64,000 bases of DNA from positions 29,450,001-29,514,000 of the forward strand of contig OX597814.1 in assembly GCA_951406725.2 (NCBI GenBank), written 5' to 3'. A program made the position numbers and the translations under genes. The notes beneath the pieces were generated by a model. It made no database searches. It was not told where the DNA came from and saw only the letters and a program-made list of their open reading frames with translations. The stretch comes from Octopus vulgaris (Eukaryota). Positions 63,965-64,000 of the stretch are shown piece after piece (the stretch's first letter is position 1; each line of letters opens with the position of its first letter).

Positions 63965-64000
<36 letters not shown>

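Overview
Eukaryotic, AT-rich, repeat-dense DNA, most likely a coleoid cephalopod (Octopus-like SINE and microsatellite landscape; this is inference). It holds two convergent intron-containing housekeeping genes. On the + strand is the 3' part of WDR46/UTP7 (7 coding exons, 1847-13305; the 5' exons lie upstream of the window). On the - strand is a complete QTRT1, the queuine tRNA-ribosyltransferase catalytic subunit (9 coding exons, 58646 to 16726; 1218 nt, 405 aa; all introns GT-AG with consistent phases). The rest is mostly mobile DNA: several SINE families, RTE and CR1-type LINE remnants, a decayed Tc1-like transposase with D36E spacing, TA-, TTAA- and 8-bp-TSD MITEs, Helitron-like elements, and several AT-rich inverted-repeat fragments carrying minimal hammerhead-ribozyme-like cores (probable Penelope-like remnants). 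Most ORFs in the supplied track are spurious SINE or microsatellite translations. I found no clearly new protein-coding system. The best leads are (i) hammerhead-bearing fragments that cluster next to splice sites, with their best-preserved cores antisense to the host gene; (ii) inverted SINE pairs bracketing QTRT1 exons 5-7; (iii) a SINE flanked by a 166-bp direct repeat; and (iv) head/tail shuffling among SINEs. Exon coordinates were read base by base; repeat boundaries are approximate (about 10-20 nt).
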